A DNA stretch of 64,000 nt from Eledone cirrhosa (Eukaryota), in the NCBI GenBank assembly GCA_964016885.1, contig OZ024743.1:211172001-211236000 (forward strand), given 5' to 3'. Shown here in pieces: positions 24,801 through 39,800 of this stretch (the stretch's first letter is position 1; each line of letters starts with the position of its first letter). The position numbers and the translations under genes are program-made. The notes under the pieces were generated by a model. The model ran no database searches, was not told where the DNA came from, and saw nothing but the letters and a program-made list of their open reading frames with translations.

Positions 24801-27800
24801 GTTCCAGGTAGAGCCACTAATTCGCTGAATTGAAAGATGACAGCTCTGATATTACAGACATGTGGTTAGAATGTCTGAGGAAAGAATCACTAGAGAGCTG
24901 TTCCAGGTAGAGCCACTAGTTCACTGAATTGAGAGATCACAGCTCTGATATTACAGACATGTGGTTAGAATGTCTGAGGAAAGAATCATTGGAGAGCTGT
25001 TCCAGGTAGAGCCACTAATTCACTGAATTGAGAGATTACAGCTCTGATATTACAGACAGGTGGTTAGAATGTCTGAGGAAAGAATCACTAGAGAGCTGTT
25101 CCAGGTAGAGCCGCTAATTCACTGAATTGAGAGATCATAGCTCTGATACTACAGACATGCGGTTAGAATGTCTAAGGAAAGAATCACTAGAGAGCTGTTC
25201 CAGGTAGAGCCGCTAATTCACTCAATTGAGAGATCATAGCTCTGATACTACAGACATGTGGTTAGAATGTCTGAGGAAAGAATCACTAGAGAGCTGTTCC
25301 AGGTAGAGCCACTAATTCACTGAATTGAAAGATCACAGCTCTGATATTACAGACATGTGGTTAGAATGTCTGAGGAAAGAATCACTAGAGAGCTGTTCCA
25401 GGTAGAGCCACTAGTTCACTGAATTGAGAGATCACAGCTCTGATATTACAGACATGTGGTTAGAATGTCTGAGGAAAGAATCACTGGAGAGCTGTTCCAG
25501 GTAGAGCCACTAATTCACTGAATTTGGAGATTACAGCTCTGATATTACAGACAGGTGGTTAGAATGTCTGAGGAAAGAATCACTAGAGAGCTGTTCCAGG
25601 TAGAGCCGCTAATTCACTGAATTGAGAGATCATAGCTCTGATACTACAGACATGCGGTTAGAATGTCTGAGGAAAGAATCACTAGAGAGCTGTTCCAGGT
25701 AGAGCCGCTAATTCACTGAATTGAGAGATCATAGCTCTGATACTACAGACATGTGGTTAGAATGTCTGAGGGAAAAATCACTAGAGAGCTGTTCCAGGTA
25801 GAGCCACTAATTCACTGAATTGAGAGATCACAGCTCTGATACTACAGACATGTGGTTAGAATGTCTGAGGAACGAATCACTAGAGAGCTGTTCCAGGTAG
25901 AGCCACTAATTCACCGAATTGAGAGAACATAACTTTGATACTACAGACATGTGGTTAGAATGTCTCAGCAAAGAATCACTGGAGAGCTGTTCCAGGTAGA
26001 GCCACTAATTCACTGAATTGAGAGATCATAGCTCTGATATTACAGACATGTGGTTAGAATGTCTGAGGAAAGAATCACTAGAGAGCTGTTCCAGGTAGAG
26101 CCACTAATTCACTGAATTGAGAGATCACAATTCTGATATTACAGACATGTGGTTAGAATGTCTGAGTAAAGAATCACTGGAGAGCTGTTCCAGGTAGAGC
26201 CACTATTTCACTGAATTGAGAGATCACAGCTCTGATATTACAGACATGTGGTTAGAATGTCTGAGGAAAGAATCACTAGAGAGCTGTTCCAGGTAGAGCC
26301 ACTAATTCACTGAATTGAGAGATCACAGCTCTGATATTACAGACATGTGGTTAGAATGTCTGAGGAAAGAATCACTAGAGAGCTGTTCCAGGTAGAGCCA
26401 CTAATTCACTGAATTGAGATATCACAGCTCTGATATTACAGACATGGGGTTAGAATGTCTGAGGAAAGAATCACTGGAGAGCTGTTCCAGGTAGAGCCGC
26501 TAATTCACTGAATTGAGAGATCATAGCTCTGATACTACAGACATGCGGTTAGAATGTCTGAGGAAAGCATCACTAGAGAGCTGTTCCAGGTAGAGCCGCT
26601 AATTCACTGAATTGAGAGATCACAGCTCTGATACTACAGACATGTGGTTAGAATGTCTGAGGAAAGAATCACTAGAGAGCTGTTCCAGGTAGAGCCACTA
26701 ATTCATTGAATTGAGAGATCACAGCTCTGATATTACAGACATGTGGTTAGAATGTCTCAGAAAAGAATCACTAGAGAGCTGTTCAAGGTAGTGCCACTAA
26801 TTCACTGAATTGAGAGATCACAGCTCTGATATTACAGACATGTGTTTAGAATGTCTGAGGAAAGAATCACTGGAGAGCTGTTCCAGGTAGAGCCGCTAAT
26901 TCACTGAATTGAGAGATCACAGCTCTGATATTACAGACATGTGGTTAGAATGTCTGAGGAAAGAATCACTAGAGAGCTGTTCCAGGTAGAGCCGCTAATT
27001 CACTGAATTGAGAGATCATAGCTCTGATACTACAGACATGTGGTTAGAATGTCTGAGGAAAGAATCACTAGAGAGCTGTTCCAGGTAGAGCCACTAATTC
27101 ACTGAATTGAGAGATCACAGCTCTGATATTACAGACATGTGGTTAGAATGTCTCAGGAAAGAATCACTAGAGACCTGTTCCAGGTAGAGCGACTAATTCA
27201 CTGAATTGAGAGATCACAGCTCTGATATTACAGACATGTGGTTAGAATGTCTGAGGAAAGAATCACTAGAGAGCTGTTCCAGGTAGAGCCACTAATTCAC
27301 AGAATTGAGACATTACAGCTCTGATATTACAGACATGTGGTTAGAATGTCTGAGTAAAAATCACTGGAGAGCTGTTCCATGTAGAGCCACTAATTCACAG
27401 AATTGAGACATTACAGCTCTGATACTACAGACATGTGGTTAGAATGTCTGAGGAACGAATCATTAAAGAGCTGTTCCAGTTAGAACCACTAATTCACCGA
27501 ATTGAGAGATCATAACTTTGATACTACAGACATGTGGTTAGAATGTCTCAGGAAAGAATCACTGGAGAGCTGTTCCAGGTAGAGCCACTAATTCACTGAA
27601 TTGAGAGATCACAGCTCTGATATTACAGACATGTGGTTAGAATGTCTGAGGAAAGAATCACTGGAGAGCTGTTCCAGATAGAGCCACTAATTCACTGAAT
27701 TGAGAGATCACAGCTCTGATATTACAGACATGGGGTTAGAATGTCTGAGGAAAGAATCACTGGAGAGCTGTTCCAGGTAGAGCCACTAATTCACTGAATT

Positions 27801-30800
27801 GAGAGATTACAGCTCTGATATTACAGACAGGGGGTTAGAATGTCTGAGGAAAGAATCACTAGAGAGCTGTTCCAGGTAGAGCCACTAATTCACTGAATTG
27901 AGAGATCATAGCTCTGATACTACAGACATGCGGTTAGAATGTCTGAGGAAAGAATCACTAGAGAGCTGTTCCAGGTAGAGCCGCTAATTCACTGAATTGA
28001 GAGATCATAGCTCTGATACTACAGACATGTGGTTAGAATGTCTGAGGAAAGAATCACTAGAGAGCTGTTCCAGGTAGAGCCACTAATTCACTGAATTGAG
28101 AGTTCACAGCTCTGATATTACAGACATGGGGTTAGAATGTCTCAGGAAAGAATCACTAGAGAGCTGTTCAAGGTAGAGCCACTAATTCACTGAATTGAGA
28201 GATCACAGCTCTGATATTACAGACATGTGTTCAGAATGTCTGAGGAAAGAATCACTGGAGAGCTGTTCCAGGTAGAGCCACTAATTCACTGAATTGAGAG
28301 ATCACAGCTCTGATATTACAGACATCTGGTTAGAATGTCTGAGGAAAGAATCACTAGAGAGCTGTTCCAGGTAGAGCCGCTAATTCACTGAATTGAGAGA
28401 TCATAGCTCTGATACTACAGACATGCGGTTAGAATGTCTGAGGAAAGAATCACTAGAGAGCTGTTCCAGGTAGAGCCGCTAATTCACTGAATTGAGAGAT
28501 CATAGCTCTGATATTACAGACATGGGGTTAGAATGTCTCAGGAAAGAATCACTAGAGAGCTGTTCCAGGTAGAGCCACTAATTCACTGAATTGAGAGGTC
28601 ACAGCTCTGATACTATAGACATGGGGTTAGAATGTCTGAGGAAAGAATCACTAGAGAGCTGTTCCAGGTAGAGCCACTAATTCACTGAATTGAGAGATCA
28701 CAATTCTGATATTACAGACATGTGGTTAGAATGTCTGAGGAAAGAATCACTGGAGAGATGTTCCAGGTAGAGCCACTAATTCACTGAATTGAGAGATCAC
28801 AGCTCTGATATTACAGACATAGGGTTAGAATGTCTCAGGAAAGAATCACTGGAGAGCTGTTCCAGGTAGAGCCACTAATTCACTGAATTGAGAGATCATA
28901 GCTCTGATATTACAGACATGTGGTTAGAATGTCTCAGGAAAGAATCACCAGAGAGCTGTTCCAGGTAGAGCCACTAATTCACTGAATTGAGAGATCTCAG
29001 CTCTGATATTACAGACATGTGGTTAGAATGTCTGAGGAAAGAATCACTAGAGAGCTGTTCCAGGTAGAGCCGCTAATTCACTGAATTGAGAGATCATAGC
29101 TCTGATACTACAGACATGTGGTTAGAATGTCTGAGGAAAGAATCACTAGAGAGCTGTTCCTGGTAGAGCCACTAATTCACTGAATTGAGAGATCACAGCT
29201 CTGATATTACAGACATGGGGTTAGAATGTCTCAGGAAAGAATCACTAGAGAGCTGTTCAAGGTAGAGCCACTAATTCACTGAATTGAGAGATCACAGCTC
29301 TGATATTACAGACAAGTGGTTAGAATGTCTGAGGAAAGAATCACTGGAGAGCTGTTCCAGGTAGAGCCACTAATTCACTGAATTGAGAGATCACAGCTCT
29401 GATATTACAGACATGTGGTTAGAATGTCTGAGGAAAGAATCACTAGAGAGCTGTTCCAGGTAGAGCCGCTAATTCATTGAATTGAGAGATCACAGCTCTG
29501 ATATTACAGACATGTGGTTAGAATGTCTCAGAAAAGAATCACTAGAGAGCTGTTCAAGGTAGAGCCACTAATTCACTGAATTGAGAGATCCCAGCTCTGA
29601 TATTACAGACATGTGTTTAGAATGTCTGAGGAAAGAATTACTGGAGAGCTGTTCCAGGTAGAGCCACTAATTCACTGAATTGAGAGATCACAGCTCTGAT
29701 ATTACAGACATGTGGTTAGAATGTGTGAGGAAAGAATCACTAGAGTGCTGTTCCAGGTAGAGCCGCTAATTCACTGAATTGAGAGATCATAGCTCTGATA
29801 CTACAGACACGCGGTTAGAATGTCTGAGGAAAGAATCACTAGAGAGCTGTTCCAGGTAGAGCCGCTAATTCACTCAATTGAGAGATCATAGCTCTGATAC
29901 TACAGACATGTGGTTAGAATGTCTGAGGGAAGAATCACTAGAGAGCTGTTCCAGGGAGAGCCACTAATTCACTGAAGTGAGAGATCACAGCTCTGATACT
30001 ACAGACATGTGGTTAGAATGTCTGAGGAACGAATCATTAAAGAGCTGTTCCAGGTAGAACCACTAATTCACCGAATTGAGAGATCATAACTTTGATACTA
30101 CAGACATTTGGTTAGATTGTCTCAGGAAAGAATCACTGGAGAGCTGTTCCAGGTAGAGCCACTAATTCACTGAATTGAGAGATCATAGCTCTGATATTAC
30201 AGACATGTGGTTAGAATGTCTGAGGAAAGAATCACTAGAGAGCTGTTCCAGGTAGAGCCACTAATTCAATGAATTGAGAGATCACAGTTCTGATATTACA
30301 GACATGTGGTTAGAATGTCTGAGGAAAGAATCACTGGAGAGCTGTTCCAGGTAGAGCCACTAATTCACTGAATTGAGAGATCACAGCTCTGATATTACAG
30401 ACATGGGGTTAGAATGTCTGAGGAAAGAATCACTGGAGAGCTGTTCCAGGTAGAGCCACTAATTCACTGAATTGAGAGATTACAGCTCTGATATTACAGA
30501 CAGGGGGTTAGAATGTCTGAGGAAAGAATCACTAGAGAGCTGTTCCAGGTAGAGCCGCAAATTCAATGAATTGAGAGATTATAGCTCTGATACTACAGAC
30601 ATGCGTTTAGAATGTCTGAGGAAAGAATCACTAGAGAGCTGTTCCAAGTAGAGCCGCTAATTCACTGAATTGAGAGATTATAGCTCTGATACTACAGACA
30701 TGTGGTTAGAATGTCTGAGGAAAGAATCACTAGAGAGCTGTTCCAGGTAGAGCCGCTAATTCATTGAATTGAGAGATCACAGCTCTGATATTACAGACAT

Positions 30801-33800
30801 GTGGTTAGAATGTCTCAGAAAAGAATCACTAGAGAGCTGTTCAAGGTAGAGCCACTAATTCACTGAATTGAGAGATCACAGCTCTGATATTACAGACATG
30901 TGTTTAGAATGTCTGAGGAAAGAATCACTGGAGAGCTGTTCCAGGTAGAGCCACTAATTCACTGAATTGAGAGATCACAGCTCTGATATTACAGACATGT
31001 GGTTAGAATGTCTGAGGAAAGAATCACTAGAGAGCTGTTCCAGGTAGAGCCGCTAATTCACTGAATTGAGAGATCATAGCTCTGATACTACAGACATGCG
31101 GTTAGAATGTCTGAGGAAAGAATCACTAGAGAGCTGTTCCAGGTAGAGCCGCTAATTCACTCAATTGAGAGATCATAGCTCTGATACTACAGACATGTGG
31201 TTAGAATGTCTGAGGAAAGAATCACTAGAGAGCTGTTCCAGGTAGAGCCACTAATTCACTGAATTGAGAGATCATAGCTCTGATATTACAGACATGGGGT
31301 TAGAATGTCTGAGGAAAGAATCACTAGAGAGCTGTTCCAGGTAGAGCCACTAATTCACTGAATTGAGAGATCACAGCTCTGATACTATAGACATGGGGTT
31401 AGAATGTCTGAGGAAAGAATCACTAGAGAGCTGTTCCAGGTAGAGCCACTAATTCACTGAATTGAGAGATCACAATTCTGATATTACAGACATGTGGTTA
31501 GAATGTCTGAGGAAAGAATCACTGGATAGATGTTCCAGGTAGAGCCACTAATTCACTGAATTGAGAGATCACAGCTCTGATATTACAGACATGGGGTTAG
31601 AATGTCTCAGGAAAGAATCACTAGAGAGCTGTTCAAGGTAGAGCCACTAATTCACTGAATTGAGAGATCACAGCTCTGATATTACAGACATGTGGTTAGA
31701 ATTTCTGAGGAAAGAATCACTGGAGAGCTGTTCCAGGTAGAGCCACTAATTCACTGAATTGAGAGATCACAGCTCTGATATTACAGACATGTGGTTAGAA
31801 TGTCTGAGGAAAGAATCACTAGAGAGCTGTTCCAGGTAGAGCCGCTAATTCATTGAATTGAGAGATCACAGCTCTGATATTACAGACATGTGGTTAGAAT
31901 GTCTCAGAAAAGAATCACTAGAGAGCTGTTCAAGGTAGAGCCACTAATTCACTGAATTGAGAGATCACAGCTCTGATATGACAGACATGTGGTTAGAATG
32001 TCTGAGGAAAGAATCACTAGAGAGCTGTTCCAGGTAGAGCCACTAATTCACTGAATTGAGAGATCACAGCTGTGATATTACAGACATGTGGTTAGAATGT
32101 CTGAGGAAAGAATCACTAGAGAGCTGTTCCAGGTAGAGCCGCTAGTTCACTGAATTGAGAGATCATAGCTCTGATACTACAGACATGCGGTTAGAATGTC
32201 TGAGGAAAGAATCACTAGAGAGCTGTTCCAGGTAGAGCCGCTAATTCACTCAATTGAGAGATCATAGCTCTGATACTACAGACATGTGGTTAGAATGTCT
32301 CAGGAATGAATCACTGGAGAGCTGTTCCAGGTAGAGCCACTAATTCACTGAATTGAGAGATCTCAGCTCTGATATTACAGACATGTGGTTAGAATGTCTG
32401 AGTAAAGAATCACTGGAGAGCTGTTCCAGGTAGAGCCACTAATTCACTGAATTGAGAGATCACAGCTCTGATATTACAGACATGTGGTTGGAATGTCTGA
32501 GGAAAGAATCACTAGAGAGCTGTTCCAGGTAGAGCCACTAATTCACTGAATTGAGAGATCACAGCTCTGATATTACAGACATGTGGTTAGAATGTCTCAA
32601 GAAAGAATCACTAGAGACCTGTTCCAGGTAGAGCCACTAATTCACTGAATTGAGAGATCACAGCTCTGATATTACAGACATGTGGTTAGAATGTCTGAAG
32701 AAAGAATTACTAGAGAGCTGTTCCAGGTAGAGCCACTAATTCACTGAATTGAGACATTACATCTCTGATATTACAGACATGTGGTTAGAATGTCTGAGGA
32801 AAGAATCACTAGAGAGCTGTTCCAGGTAGAGCCGCTAATTCACTGAATTGAGAGATCATAGCTCTGATACTACAGACATGTGGTTAGAATGTCTGAGGGA
32901 AGAATCACTAGAGAGCTGTTCCAGGTAGAGCCACTAATTCACTGAATTGAGAGATCACAGCTCTGATACTACAGACATGTGGTTAGAATGTCTGAGGAAC
33001 GAATCACTAGAGAGCTGTTCCAGGTAGAGCCACTAATTCACCGAATTGAGAGAACATAACTTTGATACTACAGACATGTGGTTAGAATGTCTCAGCAAAG
33101 AATCACTGGAGAGCTGTTCCAGGTAGAGCCACTAATTCACTGAATTGAGAGATCACAGCTCTGATATTACAGACATGTGGTTAGAATGTCTGAGGAAAGA
33201 ATCACTGGAGAGCTGTTCCAGGTAGAGCCGCTAATTCACTGAATTGAGAGATCACAGCTCTGATATTACAGACATGTGGTTAGAATGTCTGAGGAAAGAA
33301 TCACTAGAGAGCTGTTCCAGGTAGAGCCGCTAATTCACTGAATTGAGAGATCATAGCTCTGATACTACAGACATGAGGTTAGAATGTCTAAGGAAAGAAT
33401 CACTAGAGAGCTGTTTCAGGTAGAGCCGCTAATTCACTCAATTGAGAGATCATAGCTCTGATACTACAGACATGTGGTTAGAATGTCTGAGGAAAGAATC
33501 ACTAGAGAGCTGTTCCAGGTAGAGCCACTAATTCACTGAATTGAGAGATCACAGCTCTGATATTACAGACATGTGGTTAGAATGTCTCAGGAAAGAATCA
33601 CTAGAGACCTGTTCCAGGTAGAGCGACTAATTCACTGAATTGAGAGATCACAGCTCTGATATTACAGACATGTGGTTAGAATGTCTGAGGAAAGAATCAC
33701 TAGAGAGCTGTTCCAGGTAGAGCCACTAATTCACAGAATTGAGACATTACAGCTCTGATATTACAGACATGTGGTTAGAATGTCTGAGTAAAGAATCACT

Positions 33801-36800
33801 GGAGAGCTGTTCCATGTAGAGCCACTAATTCACTGAATTGAGAGATCACAGCTCTGATATTACAGACATGTGGTTGGAATGTCTGAGGAAAGAATCACTA
33901 GAGAGCTGTTCCAGGTAGAGCCACTAATTCACTGAATTGAGAGATCATAGCTCTGATACTACAGACATGAGGTTAGAATGTCTAAGGAAAGAATCACTAG
34001 AGAGCTGTTCCAGGTAGAGCCGCTAATTCACTCAATTGAGAGATCATAGCTCTGATACTACAGACATGTGGTTAGAATGTCTGAGGAAAGAATCACTAGA
34101 GAGCTGTTCCAGGTAGAGCCACTAATTCGCTGAATTGAAAGATGACAGCTCTGATATTACAGACATGTGGTTAGAATGTCTGAGGAAAGAATCACTAGAG
34201 AGCTGTTCCAGGTAGAGCCACTAGTTCACTGAATTGAGAGATCACAGCTCTGATATTACAGACATGTGGTTAGAATGTCTGAGGAAAGAATCATTGGAGA
34301 GCTGTTCCAGGTAGAGCCACTAATTCACTGAATTGAGAGATTACAGCTCTGATATTACAGACAGGTGGTTAGAATGTCTGAGGAAAGAATCACTAGAGAG
34401 CTGTTCCAGGTAGAGCCGCTAATTCACTGAATTGAGAGATCATAGCTCTGATACTACAGACATGCGGTTAGAATGTCTAAGGAAAGAATCACTAGAGAGC
34501 TGTTCCAGGTAGAGCCGCTAATTCACTCAATTGAGAGATCATAGCTCTGATACTACAGACATGTGGTTAGAATGTCTGAGGAAAGAATCACTAGAGAGCT
34601 GTTCCAGGTAGAGCCACTAATTCACTGAATTGAAAGATCACAGCTCTGATATTACAGACATGTGGTTAGAATGTCTGAGGAAAGAATCACTAGAGAGCTG
34701 TTCCAGGTAGAGCCACTAGTTCACTGAATTGAGAGATCACAGCTCTGATATTACAGACATGTGGTTAGAATGTCTGAGGAAAGAATCACTGGAGAGCTGT
34801 TCCAGGTAGAGCCACTAATTCACTGAATTTGGAGATTACAGCTCTGATATTACAGACAGGTGGTTAGAATGTCTGAGGAAAGAATCACTAGAGAGCTGTT
34901 CCAGGTAGAGCCGCTAATTCACTGAATTGAGAGATCATAGCTCTGATACTACAGACATGCGGTTAGAATGTCTGAGGAAAGAATCACTAGAGAGCTGTTC
35001 CAGGTAGAGCCGCTAATTCACTGAATTGAGAGATCATAGCTCTGATACTACAGACATGTGGTTAGAATGTCTGAGGGAAAAATCACTAGAGAGCTGTTCC
35101 AGGTAGAGCCACTAATTCACTGAATTGAGAGATCACAGCTCTGATACTACAGACATGTGGTTAGAATGTCTGAGGAACGAATCACTAGAGAGCTGTTCCA
35201 GGTAGAGCCACTAATTCACCGAATTGAGAGAACATAACTTTGATACTACAGACATGTGGTTAGAATGTCTCAGCAAAGAATCACTGGAGAGCTGTTCCAG
35301 GTAGAGCCACTAATTCACTGAATTGAGAGATCATAGCTCTGATATTACAGACATGTGGTTAGAATGTCTGAGGAAAGAATCACTAGAGAGCTGTTCCAGG
35401 TAGAGCCACTAATTCACTGAATTGAGAGATCACAATTCTGATATTACAGACATGTGGTTAGAATGTCTGAGTAAAGAATCACTGGAGAGCTGTTCCAGGT
35501 AGAGCCACTATTTCACTGAATTGAGAGATCACAGCTCTGATATTACAGACATGTGGTTAGAATGTCTGAGGAAAGAATCACTAGAGGGCTGTTCCAGGTA
35601 GAGCCACTAATTCACTGAATTGAGAGATCACAGCTCTGATATTACAGACATGTGGTTAGAATGTCTGAGGAAAGAATCACTAGAGAGCTGTTCCAGGTAG
35701 AGCCACTAATTCACTGAATTGAGATATCACAGCTCTGATATTACAGACATGGGGTTAGAATGTCTGAGGAAAGAATCACTGGAGAGCTGTTCCAGGTAGA
35801 GCCGCTAATTCACTGAATTGAGAGATCATAGCTCTGATACTACAGACATGCGGTTAGAATGTCTGAGGAAAGCATCACTAGAGAGCTGTTCCAGGTAGAG
35901 CCGCTAATTCACTGAATTGAGAGATCACAGCTCTGATACTACAGACATGTGGTTAGAATGTCTGAGGAAAGAATCACTAGAGAGCTGTTCCAGGTAGAGC
36001 CACTAATTCATTGAATTGAGAGATCACAGCTCTGATATTACAGACATGTGGTTAGAATGTCTCAGAAAAGAATCACTAGAGAGCTGTTCAAGGTAGTGCC
36101 ACTAATTCACTGAATTGAGAGATCACAGCTCTGATATTACAGACATGTGTTTAGAATGTCTGAGGAAAGAATCACTGGAGAGCTGTTCCAGGTAGAGCCG
36201 CTAATTCACTGAATTGAGAGATCACAGCTCTGATATTACAGACATGTGGTTAGAATGTCTGAGGAAAGAATCACTAGAGAGCTGTTCCAGGTAGAGCCGC
36301 TAATTCACTGAATTGAGAGATCATAGCTCTGATACTACAGACATGTGGTTAGAATGTCTGAGGAAAGAATCACTAGAGAGCTGTTCCAGGTAGAGCCACT
36401 AATTCACTGAATTGAGAGATCACAGCTCTGATATTACAGACATGTGGTTAGAATGTCTCAGGAAAGAATCACTAGAGACCTGTTCCAGGTAGAGCGACTA
36501 ATTCACTGAATTGAGAGATCACAGCTCTGATATTACAGACATGTGGTTAGAATGTCTGAGGAAAGAATCACTAGAGAGCTGTTCCAGGTAGAGCCACTAA
36601 TTCACAGAATTGAGACATTACAGCTCTGATATTACAGACATGTGGTTAGAATGTCTGAGTAAAAATCACTGGAGAGCTGTTCCATGTAGAGCCACTAATT
36701 CACTGAATTGAGAGATCACAGCTCTGATATTACAGACATGTGGTTGGAATGTCTGAGGAAAGAATCACTAGAGAGCTGTTCCAGGTAGAGCCACTAATTC

Positions 36801-39800
36801 ACTGAATTGAGAGATCATAGCTCTGATACTACAGACATGAGGTTAGAATGTCTAAGGAAAGAATCACTAGAGAGCTCTTCCAGGTAGAGACGCTAATTCA
36901 CTCAATTGAGAGATCATAGCTCTGATACTACAGACATGTGGTTAGAATGTCTGAGGAAAGAATCACTAGAGAGCTGTTCCAGGTAGAGCCACTAATTCGC
37001 TGAATTGAAAGATGACAGCTCTGATATTACAGACATGTGGTTAGAATGTCTGAGGAAAGAATCACTAGAGAGCTGTTCCAGGTAGAGCCACTAGTTCACT
37101 GAATTGAGAGATCACAGCTCTGATATTACAGACATGTGGTTAGAATGTCTGAGGAAAGAATCATTGGAGAGCTGTTCCAGGTAGAGCCACTAATTCACTG
37201 AATTGAGAGATTACAGCTCTGATATTACAGACAGGTGGTTAGAATGTCTGAGGAAAGAATCACTAGAGAGCTGTTCCAGGTAGAGCCGCTAATTCACTGA
37301 ATTGAGAGATCATAGCTCTGATACTACAGACATGCGGTTAGAATGTCTGAGGAAAGAATCACTAGAGAGCTGTTCCAGGTAGAGCCACTAATTCACTGAA
37401 TTGAGAGATCATAGCTCTGATACTACAGACATGAGGTTAGAATGTCTAAGGAAAGAATCACTAGAGAGCTGTTCCAGGTAGAGCCGCTAATTCACTCAAT
37501 TGAGAGATCATAGCTCTGATACTACAGACATGTGGTTAGAATGTCTGAGGAAAGAATCACTAGAGAGCTGTTCCAGGTAGAGCCACTAATTCACTGAATT
37601 GAAAGATCACAGCTCTGATATTACAGACATGTGGTTAGAATGTCTGAGGAAAGAATCACTAGAGAGCTGTTCCAGGTAGAGCCACTAGTTCACTGAATTG
37701 AGAGATCACAGCTCTGATATTACAGACATGTGGTTAGAATGTCTGAGGAAAGAATCACTGGAGAGCTGTTCCAGGTAGAGCCACTAATTCACTGAATTGA
37801 GAGATTACAGCTCTGATATTACAGACAGGTGGTTGGAATGTCTGAGGAAAGAATCACTAGAGAGCTGTTCCAGGTAGAGCCACTAATTCACTGAATTGAG
37901 AGATCACAGCTCTGATATTACAGACATGTGGTTAGAATGTCTGAGGAAAGAATCACTGGAGAGCTGTTCCAGGTAGAGCCACTAATTCACTGAATTGAGA
38001 GATTACAGCTCTGATATTACAGACAGGTGGTTGGAATGTCTGAGGAAAGAAACACTAGAGAGCTGTTCCAGGTAGAGCCGCTAATTCACTGAATTGAGAG
38101 ATCATAGCTCTGATACTACAGACATGCGGTTAGAATGTCTGAGGAAAGAATCACTAGAGAGCTGTTCCAGGTAGAGCCGCTAATTCACTGAATTGAGAGA
38201 TCATAGCTCTGATACTACAGACATGTGGTTAGAATGTATCAGGAAAGAATCACTGGAGAGCTGTTCCAGGTAGAGCCACTAATTCACTGAATTGAGAGAT
38301 CACAGCTCTGATATTACAGACATGTGGTTAGAATGTCTGAGGAAAGAATCACTAGAGAGCTGTTCCAGGTAGAGCCACTAATTCACTGAATTGAGACATT
38401 ACAGCTCTGATATTACAGACATGTGGTTAGAATGTCTGAGGAAAGAATCACTAGAGAGCTGTTCCAGGTAGAGCCGCTAATTCACTGAATTGAGAGATCA
38501 TAGCTCTGATACTACAGACATGTGGTTAGAATGTCTCAGGAAAGAATCACTGGAGAGCTGTTCCAGGTAGAGCCACTAGTTCACTGAATTGAGAGATCAC
38601 AGCTCCGATATTACAGACATGTGGTTAGAATGTCTGAGGAAAGAATCACTGGAGAGCTGTTCCAGGTAGAGCCACTAATTCACTGAATTGAGAGATTACA
38701 GCTCTGATATTACAGACAGGTGGTTAGAATGTCTGAGGAAAGAATCACTAGAGAGCTGTTCCAGGTAGAGCCGCTAATTCACTGAATTGAGAGATCATAG
38801 CTCTGATACTACAGACATGCGGTTAGAATGTCTGAGGAAAGAATCACTAGAGAGCTGTTCCAGGTAGAGCCACTAATTCACTGAATTGAAAGATCACAGC
38901 TCTGATATTACAGACATGGGGTTAGAATGTCTCAGGAAAGAATCACTAGAGAGCTGTTCAAGGTAGAGCCACTAATTCACTGAATTGAGAGATCACAGCT
39001 CTGATATTACAGACATGTGGTTTGAATGTCTGAGGAAAGAATCACTGGAGAGCTGTTCCAGGTAGAGCCACTAATTCACTGAATTGAGAGATCACAGCTC
39101 TGATATTACAGACATGTGGTTAGAATGTCTGAGGAAAGAATCACTAGAGAGCTGTTCCAGGTAGAGCCACTAATTCACTGAATTGAGACATTACAGCTCT
39201 GATATTACAGACATGTGGTTAGAATGTCTCAGGAAAGAATCACTAGAGAGCTGTTCAAGGTAGTGCCACTAATTCACTGAATTGAGAGATCACAGCTCTG
39301 ATATTACAGACATGTGTTTAGAATGTCTGAGGAAAGAATCACTGGAGAGCTGTTCCAGGTAGAGCCGCTAATTCACTGAATTGAGAGATCACAGCTCTGA
39401 TATTACAGACATGTGGTTAGAATGTCTGAGGAAAGAATCACTAGAGAGCTGTTCCAGGTTGAGCCGCTAATTCACTGAATTGAGAGATCATAGCTCTGAT
39501 ACTACAGACATGAGGTTAGAATGTCTAAGGAAAGAATCACTAGAGAGCTGTTTCAGGTATAGCCGCTAATTCACTCAATTGAGAGATCATAGCTCTGATA
39601 CTACAGACATGTGGTTAGAATGTCTGAGGAAAGAATCACTAGAGAGCTGTTCCAGGTAGAGCCACTAATTCACTGAATTGAGAGATCACAGCTCTGATAT
39701 TACAGACATATGGTTAGAATGTCTCAGGAAAGAATCACTAGAGACCTGTTCCAGGTAGAGCGACTAATTCACTGAATTGAGAGATCACAGCTCTGATATT

